Below, piece by piece: positions 9,679 to 19,668 of a stretch of DNA of 46,443 bases (its first letter is position 1; every line of letters begins with the position of its first letter). The stretch is taken from contig JAUWUU010000001.1 of the NCBI GenBank assembly GCA_030617765.1, forward strand, positions 1 through 46,443. The letters run 5' to 3'. The position numbers and the translations under genes are program-made. The stretch comes from Flavobacteriia bacterium. Lineage in GTDB: Bacteria > Bacteroidota > Bacteroidia > Flavobacteriales > Flavobacteriaceae. The notes under the pieces were generated by a model. That model had not been told where the DNA came from. It ran no database searches and saw only the letters and a list, made by a program, of their open reading frames with translations.

Positions 9679-11439
9679 CTATTTTATTTCAATAAGAAAT
9701 GGCATTCGTGCCTGAATTCCTTTGAGTTGAGAAATATTTTTAATTTGTTTATAGACCCTGTAATATTCAACACCCAATTCTTCTTCAAGTAATTTATCCT
9801 TATTTACACTTAGAAAAGGCACTTGTGATTTAAAATCTTTAAAATCTCTTTTATAATTTGGATAGTTTCTAACTCTGTAATTATCCAAATTAGCCAATCC
9901 TGCAGCAGCATTGATTGCTTCTTCTAAACTACCTAATTCATCAACTAAACCGTTTTCTTTAGCCTCTTTACCTGTCCAAACTCTTCCTTGAGCAATGCTA
10001 TCAACTTGCGCAAAGGTCATATTTCTTCCTTCTGCAACTTTATTGACAAATGTTTTATAAAAATCTTCAATACTCTCTTTGGTAACATTATAGAATTCAG
10101 GTGTAATGGGCTCAAAAACACTATAACCTGTTGATTGTTTATTAGTACCTACCTGCTCAGCATTAATACCGATATTATCAGATAATTTACTAATATTTGG
10201 AACTGCTCCAAAAACACCAATTGAACCTGTAATCGTAGTTGGTTCAGCGTAGATCTTATCTGCATTACAGGCAATATAATAACCTCCGGATGCAGCCAAA
10301 TCACCCATAGAAACAACTAATGGTTTTTCTTTTTTTGTCAATTCCAATTCTCTCCAAATAATATCAGATGCTAAACCACTACCTCCAGGAGAGTTCACTC
10401 TTAAAACTATGGCTTTAACATCTTTGTTTTCTCTTGCTTTACGAAGAGCTTTGATCATTATTTCCTGACCAATATACTTTTCACTACCCTCACCATATTT
10501 AATTTCTCCCTGGGCATAAATTACAGCAATTCTATCTTTTGCAGTTGATTTTATTTTTCCTTTACCTGAATCAATATAATCTTTTAAAGAAATTAGTTTT
10601 AATTTATCATCTTTATCAATATCTACCAATCCTTTCAGAATATCTCGATACTCATCTTTGTAGATCTCACCTGTAATCATATTATTTTCAATCGCTAAAT
10701 CTGAATTTCTTGTTAATAATTCATCAGCAATAAGGTTTAATTCATCATTTGTTTTCTTACGAGAATAACCAATATCCTCTATAACTTCGCTCCAAATTGA
10801 ATTTAAAAATGACTGCGTTTGTTCTCTATTTTCTAAACTCATCTCATTAGTCAAAAACGGCTCAACAGCACTTTTATATTTTCCGTGCCTTATTACTTCC
10901 ATTTTTACTCCATACTTATCTTGAAAGTCTTTGAAATAAATAATTTCTCCACCTAAACCTTTAAAATCAACAGCACCAACAGGATTCACAAAAATAGAAT
11001 CAGCTGAAGAACTTAAATAATAATTTTTTTGGTCATAAAAATCAGCAAAAGCTGTGATAAATTTTCCGGTTTCTTTAAATTCTAACAACTTATTTCTAAG
11101 TGACTGTAACTGGGAAAAACCTGCATCTATTTGCAAAGCTTCAATACTAATACCCTTTATATTATCATCGGATTTCGCATTTTCAATAGCATTGATAATA
11201 TCATTCAATCCCATTTTATCATCTCCCATATCAAAAATCATTTCAAAAGGATCATCACTTTTTGGAGCATAATCTTTAATAGTTTTATCGAGTTTTAAAG
11301 TTAAAATTGAGTTGTTTTTGACTTTGATCTCATCATCTTGGCTAAAAGCTGCTCCTATTGCAGCAAATGCTAAAAACATGATAAAAACTGAAATAAATAT
11401 GCCAATAATTACTGCCAATAATTCTCTTAAAAATGTCAT
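9679..11439 (-). CDS. sppA: Signal peptide peptidase SppA (protease IV, 67K type)
   Basis: N-terminal TM; RHGKYKSAVEP, RVNSPGGS, SMGDLAASGGY, TITGSIGV, AQGRVWTG; ATG at 11439 preferred as start. Confidence 0.95.
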   Translation of the reverse strand: MTFLRELLAVIIGIFISVFIMFLAFAAIGAAFSQDDEIKVKNNSILTLKLDKTIKDYAPKSDDPFEMIFDMGDDKMGLNDIINAIENAKSDDNIKGISIEALQIDAGFSQLQSLRNKLLEFKETGKFITAFADFYDQKNYYLSSSADSIFVNPVGAVDFKGLGGEIIYFKDFQDKYGVKMEVIRHGKYKSAVEPFLTNEMSLENREQTQSFLNSIWSEVIEDIGYSRKKTNDELNLIADELLTRNSDLAIENNMITGEIYKDEYRDILKGLVDIDKDDKLKLISLKDYIDSGKGKIKSTAKDRIAVIYAQGEIKYGEGSEKYIGQEIMIKALRKARENKDVKAIVLRVNSPGGSGLASDIIWRELELTKKEKPLVVSMGDLAASGGYYIACNADKIYAEPTTITGSIGVFGAVPNISKLSDNIGINAEQVGTNKQSTGYSVFEPITPEFYNVTKESIEDFYKTFVNKVAEGRNMTFAQVDSIAQGRVWTGKEAKENGLVDELGSLEEAINAAAGLANLDNYRVRNYPNYKRDFKDFKSQVPFLSVNKDKLLEEELGVEYYRVYKQIKNISQLKGIQARMPFLIEIK

Positions 11440-11503
11440 CTGTAAAAAATTAAAATTTATCAATTATTAATTCTGAAAAATACAAAATTAAAGTTATTAA
11501 TTT

Positions 11504-11529
11504 GACGTTCGTAACATCAATATGTTACA
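11504..11529 (-). promoter_or_regulatory. Candidate ECF-sigma promoter for sppA
   Basis: Minus strand TGTAAC-N16-CGTC; a sigma-A-type TAATTTTG also lies at 11483-11490. Confidence 0.5.
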
Positions 11530-11594
11530 TGTTCAAAAATAAAAGCACAAATATAAACTTTTATCCTTTTGTTTTATTTTCTTTGTAATTAATC

Positions 11595-12722
11595 ATGAAA
11601 ATTGTCAAAACTACTTATTTATCATTAGGAACAAATCAAGGCGATAAATTGCAAAATTTACAAGATGCCGTTGATGCTATTGGTAAGAATATAGGCCATA
11701 TTATTAAAATATCATCAGTATATAGTACAAAATCATGGGGGTTTTCAGGTAATGATTTTTTTAATATATGCATTAGAATTACTACGAATATGGTCCCTGA
11801 GGATTTGATAAATGCCATACTTGAAATTGAAAAAATACTCGGTAGAGAACGATCTAATACTAATACTTATCAGTCACGAAAAATTGATATTGATATTTTA
11901 TTATATGAAGAAGAGATTATTCTTTTAAAAAATCTGATCGTTCCTCATCCCCGAATGCTAGATCGTAAATTTGTATTGATTCCGCTTTCTGAAATAGCCC
12001 CAAACATAATTCATCCTGTAAAAAAAATCTCAATTTTACAATGCTTACATAACTGTACTGATGCTACTGAAGTAACCAAGACTGCATTGAATGTCAGGCG
12101 CCCTATTTCGTTAATTGAAAAATATAACTATATCGCTATTGAAGGTAATATTGGTTCAGGAAAGACATCTCTTGCAAAAAAAATGGGAGATGATTTTAAT
12201 TCAAAATTAGTTTTGGAAAGATTTGCAGATAATCCTTTTTTACCTAAATTCTATACAGATAAAGATCGATATGCTTTTCCTTTAGAGATGAGTTTTTTGG
12301 CAGATAGATACCATCAACTTACAGATGATCTAGCTCAATTCGACCTTTTTAAAAATTTTATCGTATCAGATTATTTTATCTTTAAATCGCTCATTTTTGC
12401 ACAAATTACTTTACCAAAAGAAGAATACAATCTTTATAGAAAAATGTTTGATATTATGTACAAAGAGATCACTAAACCGGATATTTATGTCTATTTATAT
12501 CAAAATACTGACAGACTTATTAATAATATTAAGAAAAGAGGTCGGTCTTATGAACAGAATATCAAACCTGATTATTTAGAAAGCATTCATAAAGGTTATT
12601 TAAATTTCATAAAAACCCGCGATAATTTAAATACACTGATCATTGATATTACTGAAATAGATTTTGTTAGTAATAATTCTGATTATCAAATAATTATTGA
12701 TAAGATCTTGGAAAATAACTGA
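11595..12722 (+). CDS. folK: Fusion of HPPK (FolK) and a deoxynucleoside kinase domain
   Basis: N-terminal YLSLGTNQG, SRKIDIDIL, PHPRMLDRKFVL; C-terminal IAIEGNIGSGKTS P-loop, NPFLPKFY, IKKRGRSYE. Confidence 0.9.
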   Translation: MKIVKTTYLSLGTNQGDKLQNLQDAVDAIGKNIGHIIKISSVYSTKSWGFSGNDFFNICIRITTNMVPEDLINAILEIEKILGRERSNTNTYQSRKIDIDILLYEEEIILLKNLIVPHPRMLDRKFVLIPLSEIAPNIIHPVKKISILQCLHNCTDATEVTKTALNVRRPISLIEKYNYIAIEGNIGSGKTSLAKKMGDDFNSKLVLERFADNPFLPKFYTDKDRYAFPLEMSFLADRYHQLTDDLAQFDLFKNFIVSDYFIFKSLIFAQITLPKEEYNLYRKMFDIMYKEITKPDIYVYLYQNTDRLINNIKKRGRSYEQNIKPDYLESIHKGYLNFIKTRDNLNTLIIDITEIDFVSNNSDYQIIIDKILENN

Positions 12723-12732
12723 TCCATTTCAA

Positions 12733-13068
12733 TTACTGACCGATACCCATCTTTTCAGCAAAATAATCGCAAAAATCTTTCATGGTTGCACTCATTTTCT
12801 CATCACCGGTAGCAGTTTTAAATGATTCAGACATAGATAAAAGTATCTGATGGTAGAATTGCTTCATTTCATCAATGGGCATATCTTTAGTCCAAAGATT
12901 TATTTTATAGGTGTCTTTATTATTACTATCCCAAAGTGATAAAAATGCAGCTCTTGCTTCCATATTTTCAACATCTCCATCATCTGCACTCCAAAATATT
13001 TCTTCGGGCACTTTATTTTCATCTAAACCAACGTTTATTTTTATTTCTGATTTTTGTTTTATCGCCAT
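12733..13068 (-). CDS. gldC: Gliding motility protein GldC
   Basis: LDENKVPEEI.WSA.D, LWTKDMPIDEMKQF, MKDFCDYF; directly downstream of gldB. Confidence 0.92.
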   Translation of the reverse strand: MAIKQKSEIKINVGLDENKVPEEIFWSADDGDVENMEARAAFLSLWDSNNKDTYKINLWTKDMPIDEMKQFYHQILLSMSESFKTATGDEKMSATMKDFCDYFAEKMGIGQ

Positions 13069-13095
13069 AATTAAATAATTTTATTTTTAAATTTT

Positions 13096-14055
13096 TTAAT
13101 TCTTTCTTGGTTTATATTTAGATTTTTTAAAAATTAGTTCGTTTTGTGTGGCCAACATTTCTTGAATTGTAACATCATTATTTTTAATATATGATTGAAC
13201 CATTTGCCAACCAAACCACACTCCTATTCTACCAGGAGAATCTTTATCATTTGCAATATAAAACTTTGAAAATGGTGCTTCATTGATAAATCTTTCTGAT
13301 AATTCAGTATCAGTGTCAAATAACAATGATTTATCAATAAAATATTTCCAGACTTCCAATTCATTATCAACTGCCCATTGAAACTGTTGCTTTTCATAAC
13401 CCATAATCTCAACTTGACTTTTATTCGGTAAAAAATGATTCATCAATTCCATTTTTTTTCCTTCCTGAATCATCCTTGCAACAAATCTATTGTCATTAGA
13501 AGGAGGTACGATCTGCTCTGCAAACTTTTCTGCAACAGCTATAGTAATATATTCTTCGGTATATGACTGTTTAACATATTTCGGAAAATCACTGTAAAAT
13601 TTATGATCTTTTCCAAGAAATACATCCAAAGAAATAAGTAATAAGCTATCTGCCAAGATTACTCTGTTATCAGAATCTATATTAGTAAGAAGAGTAATTA
13701 TCACCGGTTCTTTAAAATTCGGGTAGTAATATTTGATATATTTGAACAACGAACTTAGTTGTTTTTTTTCTATCGAAAAATCTTTATATAATTTCTGAGT
13801 TTCTTCAAAAAGTTCTAATTCATCTTTGTTGGACATCTTATTTACCCAAACAGAATCATGATTTTGTTGTGGAAAAAGATATGGAAATTCAGCTTTTAAT
13901 TCTGATATATCTTGAGGTGATGTTGAATAAAATTTTTGGTCAAATCGTTTTATCTCAGTTTTTACTTCAATATCTGAAACATCTACTTTTTGCTTTTCAT
14001 TTTTTGAACAGCTAAAAAAACTCACTAAAAAAAGAATAATAATAAAGTATCGCAT
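13096..14055 (-). CDS. gldB: Gliding motility lipoprotein GldB
   Basis: Lipobox FFSC; ISLDVFLG, APFSKFY, SPGRIGVWFGWQMV, KSKYKP. Confidence 0.9.
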   Translation of the reverse strand: MRYFIIILFLVSFFSCSKNEKQKVDVSDIEVKTEIKRFDQKFYSTSPQDISELKAEFPYLFPQQNHDSVWVNKMSNKDELELFEETQKLYKDFSIEKKQLSSLFKYIKYYYPNFKEPVIITLLTNIDSDNRVILADSLLLISLDVFLGKDHKFYSDFPKYVKQSYTEEYITIAVAEKFAEQIVPPSNDNRFVARMIQEGKKMELMNHFLPNKSQVEIMGYEKQQFQWAVDNELEVWKYFIDKSLLFDTDTELSERFINEAPFSKFYIANDKDSPGRIGVWFGWQMVQSYIKNNDVTIQEMLATQNELIFKKSKYKPRKN

Positions 14056-14063
14056 TAATTATT

Positions 14064-14086
14064 TATTTTTGTTGCTGGCAAAATTA
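14064..14086. promoter_or_regulatory. Opposed -7 elements for nadE (+) and gldB (-)
   Basis: TATTTTTG on + at 14064-14071 and TAATTTTG on - at 14079-14086, within a 46-bp intergenic region. Confidence 0.5.
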
Positions 14087-14101
14087 ATAAATACTTTCAA
14101 G

Positions 14102-14893
14102 ATGAACGCAGAAAAGGTTATAAATCATATCGTAAATTGGTTAAAAACTTATGCAGAAAATGCAAATGTCAACGGATTTGTTATTGGGATATCTGGCGGA
14201 ATAGATTCGGCTGTTACTTCAACACTCTGTGCTAAAACAGGATTTCCAACCCTTTGTGTTGAAATGCCGATTCACCAAGGTGAAAATCAGGTGAGCAGAG
14301 GAAAAGAACATATTAATCAATTAAAAAAAAGATTTAAAAATATTACTTCTGAAAAAGTTGAATTGACTTCGGTTTTTGAAAGTTTTAAAATTGCCGTTCC
14401 AAAAGTTGAAAGTTCTCAAAAAGTTGATCTGTCATTGGCCAATACCCGTGCTAGACTGAGAATGACAACTCTTTATTATTTTGCCGGATTAAACGGGTTA
14501 TTAGTTGCCGGAACTGGTAATAAAGTTGAGGATTTTGGTGTTGGATTTTATACAAAATATGGTGATGGAGGTGTTGATTTAAGTCCGATAGCCGATTTGA
14601 TGAAGTCTGAGATCTTTGAATTGGCTGCTTTTTTAAAAGTGCCAGATTCTATACAAAATGCCCAACCTACCGATGGTTTATTTGGTGATTCACGTACAGA
14701 TGAAGATCAGCTAGGTGCAAGCTATGATGAATTAGAATGGGCGATGGATGTAATTGATGAAGGAAAAACAACAGATGATTTTACTGGAAGACAAAAAGAA
14801 GTTTTTGATATTTATACCAAACTTCATCGAGCCAATAAACATAAAATGACACCTATTCCTATTTGTAAAATTAATAAAAATCTAAAAGAATAA
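14102..14893 (+). CDS. nadE: NH3-dependent NAD+ synthetase
   Basis: GISGGIDSA, NTRARLRM, GTGNKVE, GFYTKYGDG, PTDGL...TDEDQLG; ATG at 14102. Confidence 0.95.
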   Translation: MNAEKVINHIVNWLKTYAENANVNGFVIGISGGIDSAVTSTLCAKTGFPTLCVEMPIHQGENQVSRGKEHINQLKKRFKNITSEKVELTSVFESFKIAVPKVESSQKVDLSLANTRARLRMTTLYYFAGLNGLLVAGTGNKVEDFGVGFYTKYGDGGVDLSPIADLMKSEIFELAAFLKVPDSIQNAQPTDGLFGDSRTDEDQLGASYDELEWAMDVIDEGKTTDDFTGRQKEVFDIYTKLHRANKHKMTPIPICKINKNLKE

Positions 14894-14902
14894 ATCATAG
14901 AT

Positions 14903-16885
14903 CTACCCTACAACAATATTTAATTTTTCAGAGATCAATTTTTTTAGATTATTATAATCTTGTACTAAGGTCAAATTTTCAATGCTTTTAGTTTCAAAAT
15001 CTTCATCCTCTTCTTTAAATTGAGGGATTTCATTCTTTAACGAATCTATCTTTTCATCAATTAAGATCTTACGTAATCTATAAATTACATCGGAAACCAG
15101 TTTCTGGAGCGGTTTACTTTTTTGTTTAACATAGATTTCTTTTCTCTCCCAATCACTCAAAACATATTTTTCTTCATCCATAATTAAATTACTAACAGCC
15201 TTTCCCATTTCAAGATCTAAATGTTGGGTAAAAGTTTCACTAGTAATTTCATTATTTTGGTTTAATTGATAAATGATCTCGTAATATATATTTTTAAAAA
15301 TTTCATTAGTAAATTCAATTTCATCATCGTGTAAGTGAGTATATATCTCATTTGATACTTTATTCTTATATTCTTCTTTCTTTATACTTCTATTTCCTTC
15401 ATCATCAATTACAGAAACATAATCGATAAAATTAACCTCTTCATTGCCATATAGCAATAATATCTCAATGATTTTTTTCTCTAAGATATACAGCTTATCA
15501 ATCTTAGATGCTTGCTGTGTTTCTTTTTTAACTCCTGTAATTCTAGGCTGCATTTGCCTAATCTTATCTGAAGCAATTTTTTGTTCCTTTTTTATGATCT
15601 GAGCCAATTCATCAAACAAAACTTTTTCTGAAATATCCATTATCCTTGAACATTCCTGAATATAGATCTCCCGCTGAATATTATTTGGAATTTTAGAGAT
15701 ACTAAAAACAATATCTCTGATCAATGATGCTCTTTTAATCGGGTCATTTTGAGAATCCTCAAGTAATAGTGAAGCTTTGAACTGAATAAAATCTTTAGAA
15801 TTCTTTTCGAGGTAATCTTTTAATTGATCAGGAGAAGTTTTTCTGGCAAAACTATCGGGATCTTCTCCATCTAAAAAAGCAACAACTTTTACATTCATTC
15901 CCTGTTCAAGTATCAGGTCAATTCCTCTTAAAGAAGCACGAACACCTGCAGCGTCTCCATCAAATAATACAGTAATATTTGGTGTAAGCCTATTGATCAA
16001 TCTAATTTGGTCTGAAGTAAGCGCAGTACCCGATGATGCTACGACATTCACAATACCTGACTGGTGTAAAGAGATTACGTCTGTATATCCTTCAACAAGA
16101 TAACAATTGTCATTTTGCGCTATACTTTGTTTTGCTTGATAGATGCCATATAAAACTTTGCTCTTATGGTAAATTTCACTTTCAGGTGAATTGAGATATT
16201 TGGCAACTTTTTTATCTTTTAACAATGTCCTACCACCAAAACCCAATACCCTGCCACTCATTGAGTGAATTGGAAACAAAATTCTGCCTTTAAAACGATC
16301 AAATTTTCGATTGTCATTAACTATAGTCAGACCTGTTTTTTCTAAAAATTCAAGTGAATATTTTTTCTCTAATGCAGTATCAGTAAAAACGGTCCATTCA
16401 TCAAGCGCATATCCTAATTCAAACTTTTCTATAGTCTCAGTTGTAAAACCTCTTTCTTTAAAATACGACAAACCTATCGCAATACCTTTTTGGTTGTTCA
16501 ATAAAGTATCATGAAAGTAATTTTTAGCAAACTCTGATACCAGATACATACTTTCACGTTCGCTAGCCTGAATTTTTTGCTCGTCAGTTTGCTCGGTTTC
16601 TTCAATCTCAATATTATATTTTTTGGCCAGATACCGAAGTGCTTCAGGGTAAGAATAATGTTCGTGTTCCATTAAAAATGTAACCACATTCCCTCCTTTA
16701 CCTGAACTAAAATCTTTCCAAATCTGTTTCACAGGTGAAACCATAAAGGATGGCGTCTTCTCATCGGCGAAGGGACTCAAACCTTTAAAGTTACTTCCCG
16801 CTTTTTTTAAATAAACAAAATCACCAATTACCTCCTCTACACGAGCAGTTTCAAAAACTTTATCAATGGTGTTTTTGGTAATCAT
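14903..16885 (-). CDS. dnaG: DNA primase
   Basis: GLSPFADEKTPSF (cysteine-less CHC2 variant), KYLNSPE, LVEGYTDV, TOPRIM FDGDAAG, DPD. Confidence 0.97.
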   Translation of the reverse strand: MITKNTIDKVFETARVEEVIGDFVYLKKAGSNFKGLSPFADEKTPSFMVSPVKQIWKDFSSGKGGNVVTFLMEHEHYSYPEALRYLAKKYNIEIEETEQTDEQKIQASERESMYLVSEFAKNYFHDTLLNNQKGIAIGLSYFKERGFTTETIEKFELGYALDEWTVFTDTALEKKYSLEFLEKTGLTIVNDNRKFDRFKGRILFPIHSMSGRVLGFGGRTLLKDKKVAKYLNSPESEIYHKSKVLYGIYQAKQSIAQNDNCYLVEGYTDVISLHQSGIVNVVASSGTALTSDQIRLINRLTPNITVLFDGDAAGVRASLRGIDLILEQGMNVKVVAFLDGEDPDSFARKTSPDQLKDYLEKNSKDFIQFKASLLLEDSQNDPIKRASLIRDIVFSISKIPNNIQREIYIQECSRIMDISEKVLFDELAQIIKKEQKIASDKIRQMQPRITGVKKETQQASKIDKLYILEKKIIEILLLYGNEEVNFIDYVSVIDDEGNRSIKKEEYKNKVSNEIYTHLHDDEIEFTNEIFKNIYYEIIYQLNQNNEITSETFTQHLDLEMGKAVSNLIMDEEKYVLSDWERKEIYVKQKSKPLQKLVSDVIYRLRKILIDEKIDSLKNEIPQFKEEDEDFETKSIENLTLVQDYNNLKKLISEKLNIVVG

Positions 16886-17074
16886 AATAAAAATAAAATT
16901 TAGGTAAAGATAAAAAAAGCATAAAGAATTTATTGTACTAAGGTAAGTTTTGTTTAAAAACTAAAAAAGATGACCAATCCTAAATGAATGAAAAGTCATA
17001 TCCTATATTTAAAGATGGTCTTTATAAATAATGATCCGTAATTAATGTAGAAAAAATACCATCCTAAATTCACA

Positions 17075-17476
17075 TTATTTTACAATTAATGTATATGACT
17101 TTTTAGTTGTTTCGTTACAAGTATAGTTCTCACCACCAAAAGTAACAGACACAGTTACTTCAAAGGTAAAGTTTCCAGTTTCAGTTGCTATTCCTTTTAG
17201 TATTAATATATTACGGTCATAGCTGAATTGTATGCCATCAGCTACTATCCCATTAATAGAAAAAATATATTCATAATCTTCATCATTCGGATCGTTTTTA
17301 ACACCTGCAACTATTGTTTCATAATAATTATTTCCTTTGGTTGCTTGTCTTAATACTTTACTTTCAAGCTCAACATCTTTAATACCACATTCTAAGGCCA
17401 TATTCAATAAATCATCACAACTAAATAAAGTTAATGCCATAAAAAATATTATTGGAAAATATAACTTTTTATACAT
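17075..17476 (-). CDS. Hypothetical lipoprotein with probable Ig-like domain
   Basis: From ATG at 17476: MYKKLYFPIIFFMALTLFS-C lipobox; LKGIATETGNFTFEVTV resembles He_PIG/Ig-like repeats. Confidence 0.7.
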   Translation of the reverse strand: MYKKLYFPIIFFMALTLFSCDDLLNMALECGIKDVELESKVLRQATKGNNYYETIVAGVKNDPNDEDYEYIFSINGIVADGIQFSYDRNILILKGIATETGNFTFEVTVSVTFGGENYTCNETTKKSYTLIVK

Positions 17477-17555
17477 GGTAAATACAATTATAATACAACC
17501 AAAAGAGCCGTTAATATAATTCAATAATTATGCCAAAATAAATGAAAAAAGTAAA

Positions 17556-18797
17556 TCAAGAAACAGCTTTTAGCTTTTTAATTGTAGATTTTGTGAGTTT
17601 TTCCTGAGCATATTTTTTAGTAACCCTTAGTTTGGTTTCTCCGGAACCCGGTAATTCAAACATTGCATCAGTAAGTATTTCCTCACAAAGAGAACGAAGA
17701 CCTCTTGCTCCTAATTTATATTCAACTGCTTTTTCAACAATAAAATCAAGCGCTTTTTCATCTATGCTAAAATCAATTCCATCAATTTCAAACAGTTTAG
17801 AGTATTGTTTGATAATAGCATTTTTAGGTTCCGTTAAAATTAATCGGAGTACTTCTTTGTCTAAAGGTTTCAAATACGATAAGACTGGTAGTCTTCCAAT
17901 AATTTCAGGAATTAAACCAAACGATTTTAGATCTGTAGGTAAAACATATTGCAATAAATTTTCTTCATCAACTTTATCATCAGATATTGAAGCACTATAT
18001 CCAACTGCTTGCATATTCAAGCGTTTTCCAATAACCTTATCAATTCCACTAAAAGCACCTCCGGCAATAAATAATATATTTTTAGTATTTACTTCAACAA
18101 ATTTCTGATCGGGGTGTTTTCTACCTCCTTTAGGCGGAACATTAACTACAGTTCCTTCTAATAACTTAAGTAGCGCCTGCTGAACACCCTCTCCTGACAC
18201 ATCACGAGTAATAGAAGGATTATCACCTTTACGGGCAATTTTATCTATTTCATCAATAAAAACAATACCCTTTTCAGCTTTTTCTACATTATAGTCAGCA
18301 GCTTGTAATAAACGAGTTAAAATAGTTTCAACATCTTCGCCAACATAACCCGCCTCCGTTAAAACAGTAGCATCAACTATTGCAAACGGCACATCTAGCA
18401 TTCGGGCAATAGTTTTAGCAATTAGTGTTTTTCCTGTTCCGGTCTCACCAACCAAAATGATATTGCTTTTTTCAATTTCAATATCATTCTTAGAATCTAC
18501 CTGTTTTTGTGTCAGTCTTTTATAATGATTATACACTGCAACCGACATTACTTTTTTTGCATGATTCTGACCAATAATATATTGATCTAAAAAGCTTTTT
18601 ATATCGATAGGCTTTCCAACCGTAAAATCGGAATCTGATTGATTTTCATTCGATTCTGCCAGTTCTTCTAAAACAATACCGTGCGCCTGTTCAATACATC
18701 TGTCACAAATATGCGCATCAACTCCTGCAATTAACAGATTTGTCTCATCCTTTTTCCGCTTACAAAACGAACATTCTAATTCTTCTTTTTTCGCCAT
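17556..18797 (-). CDS. clpX: ATP-dependent Clp protease ATP-binding subunit ClpX
   Basis: CSFC..ICDRC zinc domain, [30 protein letters not shown]. Confidence 0.98.
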   Translation of the reverse strand: MAKKEELECSFCKRKKDETNLLIAGVDAHICDRCIEQAHGIVLEELAESNENQSDSDFTVGKPIDIKSFLDQYIIGQNHAKKVMSVAVYNHYKRLTQKQVDSKNDIEIEKSNIILVGETGTGKTLIAKTIARMLDVPFAIVDATVLTEAGYVGEDVETILTRLLQAADYNVEKAEKGIVFIDEIDKIARKGDNPSITRDVSGEGVQQALLKLLEGTVVNVPPKGGRKHPDQKFVEVNTKNILFIAGGAFSGIDKVIGKRLNMQAVGYSASISDDKVDEENLLQYVLPTDLKSFGLIPEIIGRLPVLSYLKPLDKEVLRLILTEPKNAIIKQYSKLFEIDGIDFSIDEKALDFIVEKAVEYKLGARGLRSLCEEILTDAMFELPGSGETKLRVTKKYAQEKLTKSTIKKLKAVS

Positions 18798-18834
18798 CTT
18801 AAAAAGTTAAAATCTTAATCTCAATTTCTTTATA

Positions 18835-19497
18835 TTATTTATTTCGAGTTAAAATCTCGTCTATCATTCCGTATTTTTTAGCTTCCTCAGCTTTCATCCA
18901 ATAATCTCTATCAGAATCTTCCTGTACTTTTTCAATTTTTTGACCTGAATGTTTTGCAATAATTTGATATAATTCTTCTTTGAGTTTTAATATCTCTCGA
19001 GCCGTGATCTCAATATCCGAAGCTTGCCCTTGTACACCTCCCATTGGTTGATGGATCATTATTCTTGAATGAGGTAAAGCTGAACGTTTACCTTTTTGAC
19101 CAGCACACATTAAAACTGCTCCCATTGAAGCCGCCATACCTGTACAAATTGTGGCTATTTCAGGTTTTATGAATTGCATAGTATCATATATGCCCAATCC
19201 GGCATAAACACCACCACCCGGTGAATTGATATAAATCGAAATATCTTTAGAAGCATCAACACTTTCTAAAAATAACAATTGAGCCTGAATAATATTAGCT
19301 ACATGATCATCAATTGCAGTGCCTAAAAAAATAATTCTGTCCATCATCAAACGTGAAAACACATCCATTTGTGCTACATTTAACTGACGTTCTTCAATAA
19401 TATAAGGTGTTACACTACTAACGATCTTATCAATATGCATACTATTAAAACCCTGATCTTTAACAGCAAATTTTTTAAATTCTTTTCCGTAATTCAT
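18835..19497 (-). CDS. clpP: ATP-dependent Clp protease proteolytic subunit
   Basis: YINSPGG, GMAASMGA, RIMIHQP, DRDYWM. Confidence 0.98.
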   Translation of the reverse strand: MNYGKEFKKFAVKDQGFNSMHIDKIVSSVTPYIIEERQLNVAQMDVFSRLMMDRIIFLGTAIDDHVANIIQAQLLFLESVDASKDISIYINSPGGGVYAGLGIYDTMQFIKPEIATICTGMAASMGAVLMCAGQKGKRSALPHSRIMIHQPMGGVQGQASDIEITAREILKLKEELYQIIAKHSGQKIEKVQEDSDRDYWMKAEEAKKYGMIDEILTRNK

Positions 19498-19588
19498 AAA
19501 TGTATTTTTATGGTAATTTGAGGGTAAATATACTCAAAATTAGTAAACTATATTAAAAATAATGAATTTGAATAAATCGTACTCTCAC

Positions 19589-19626
19589 AAAAAATACCTC
19601 ACAGAATATTTCGTCTGAAAGGTATT
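19589..19626 (-). terminator. Probable terminator after tig
   Basis: AATACCT..CAGA / TCTG..AGGTATT stem with an adjacent A-run (U-tract on the minus strand). Confidence 0.5.
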
Positions 19627-19668
19627 GTTTATCATCTTAAAAAAAAGTTTAACATTTAAAAGTATCTT

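Noticed and set aside
16690-16790. DnaG zinc domain lacking cysteines as a pseudogene sign
   Set aside because: The SPF..EKTPSF variant is usual in flavobacterial primases and the ORF is intact.
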